From the NCBI GenBank assembly GCA_038248345.1, contig JBBRXO010000069.1:1-15023 (forward strand): a stretch of DNA of 15,023 bases, written 5' to 3'. Position 1 is the stretch's first letter; each line of letters starts with the position of its first letter. Positions 14,729-15,023 of this stretch are shown here, piece by piece. Origin of the DNA: Armatimonadota bacterium (GTDB taxonomy: Bacteria; Armatimonadota; Hebobacteria; CAIYQO01). Made by a program: the position numbers and the translations under genes. A model generated the notes under the pieces. The model saw nothing but the letters and a program-made list of their open reading frames with translations, was not told the DNA's origin and searched no databases.

Positions 14729-15023
14729 GACCTTTGTCTGAACCTGGATTTTCCTGATTATACCAGAACAACCCACCCCCTAAAGGAGGTGGCTAACAAC
14801 TGCAAGCACGCTAAAGCGCGCTATTTTATAACTCAATATCGCCATTCAGGGTGCTTGATCTTATAGCCACGTGCTTTAGCGCGTGGTGAGCCCATTATCC
14901 CTGAATCCTTATAATCCCACAAATCTGGGTTCAGACAAGATTGACCTTTGTCTGAACCCGGATTTTCCTGATTATACCAGAACAACCCACCCCCTAAAGG
15001 AGGTGGCTAACAACTGCAAGCAC
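14729..15023. repeat. Tandem ~214-bp repeat units built from the TGTCTGAACC MITE-like element carrying REP-like hairpins
   Basis: 14729-14809 equals 14943-15023 with one mismatch; the second copy is cut by the window edge. IR termini at 14734 and 14938. Inner inverted pair CCACCCCCTAAAGGAGGTGGCTA (14773-14795) / TAGCCACGTGCTTTAGCGCGTGG (14864-14886). Confidence 0.9.

Noticed and set aside
14729..15023. CRISPR array
   Set aside because: Units are ~214 bp with no short repeat plus unique spacer pattern, and no cas genes are present.

Overview
GC-rich bacterial chromosomal window, probably from an anaerobe or facultative anaerobe. Intact genes encode an aconitate hydratase, L-aspartate oxidase (nadB), LemA, an hfsA-hfsB(hydS)-hfsC-like sensory [FeFe]-hydrogenase/phosphatase cluster with no adjacent hfsD, and a squalene-hopene-cyclase-like enzyme. 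Accessory material sits between them. The most notable piece is a ~1 kb module at the aconitase 3' end, bounded by an exact 83-bp duplication of that gene end and carrying no integrase. It encodes a Fic toxin and a convergent small ORF with the SxxxEG Fic-inhibitor motif. Downstream of nadB lies a collapsed restriction-modification locus: a truncated or fused MTase, a relic BRO start, an intact BRO gene and a GIY-YIG nuclease pseudogene. Other elements are orphan gene ends (including an Nramp C-terminus), several REP/MITE-like palindrome families and a candidate sRNA. All calls come from reading the sequence by eye; no searches were run.
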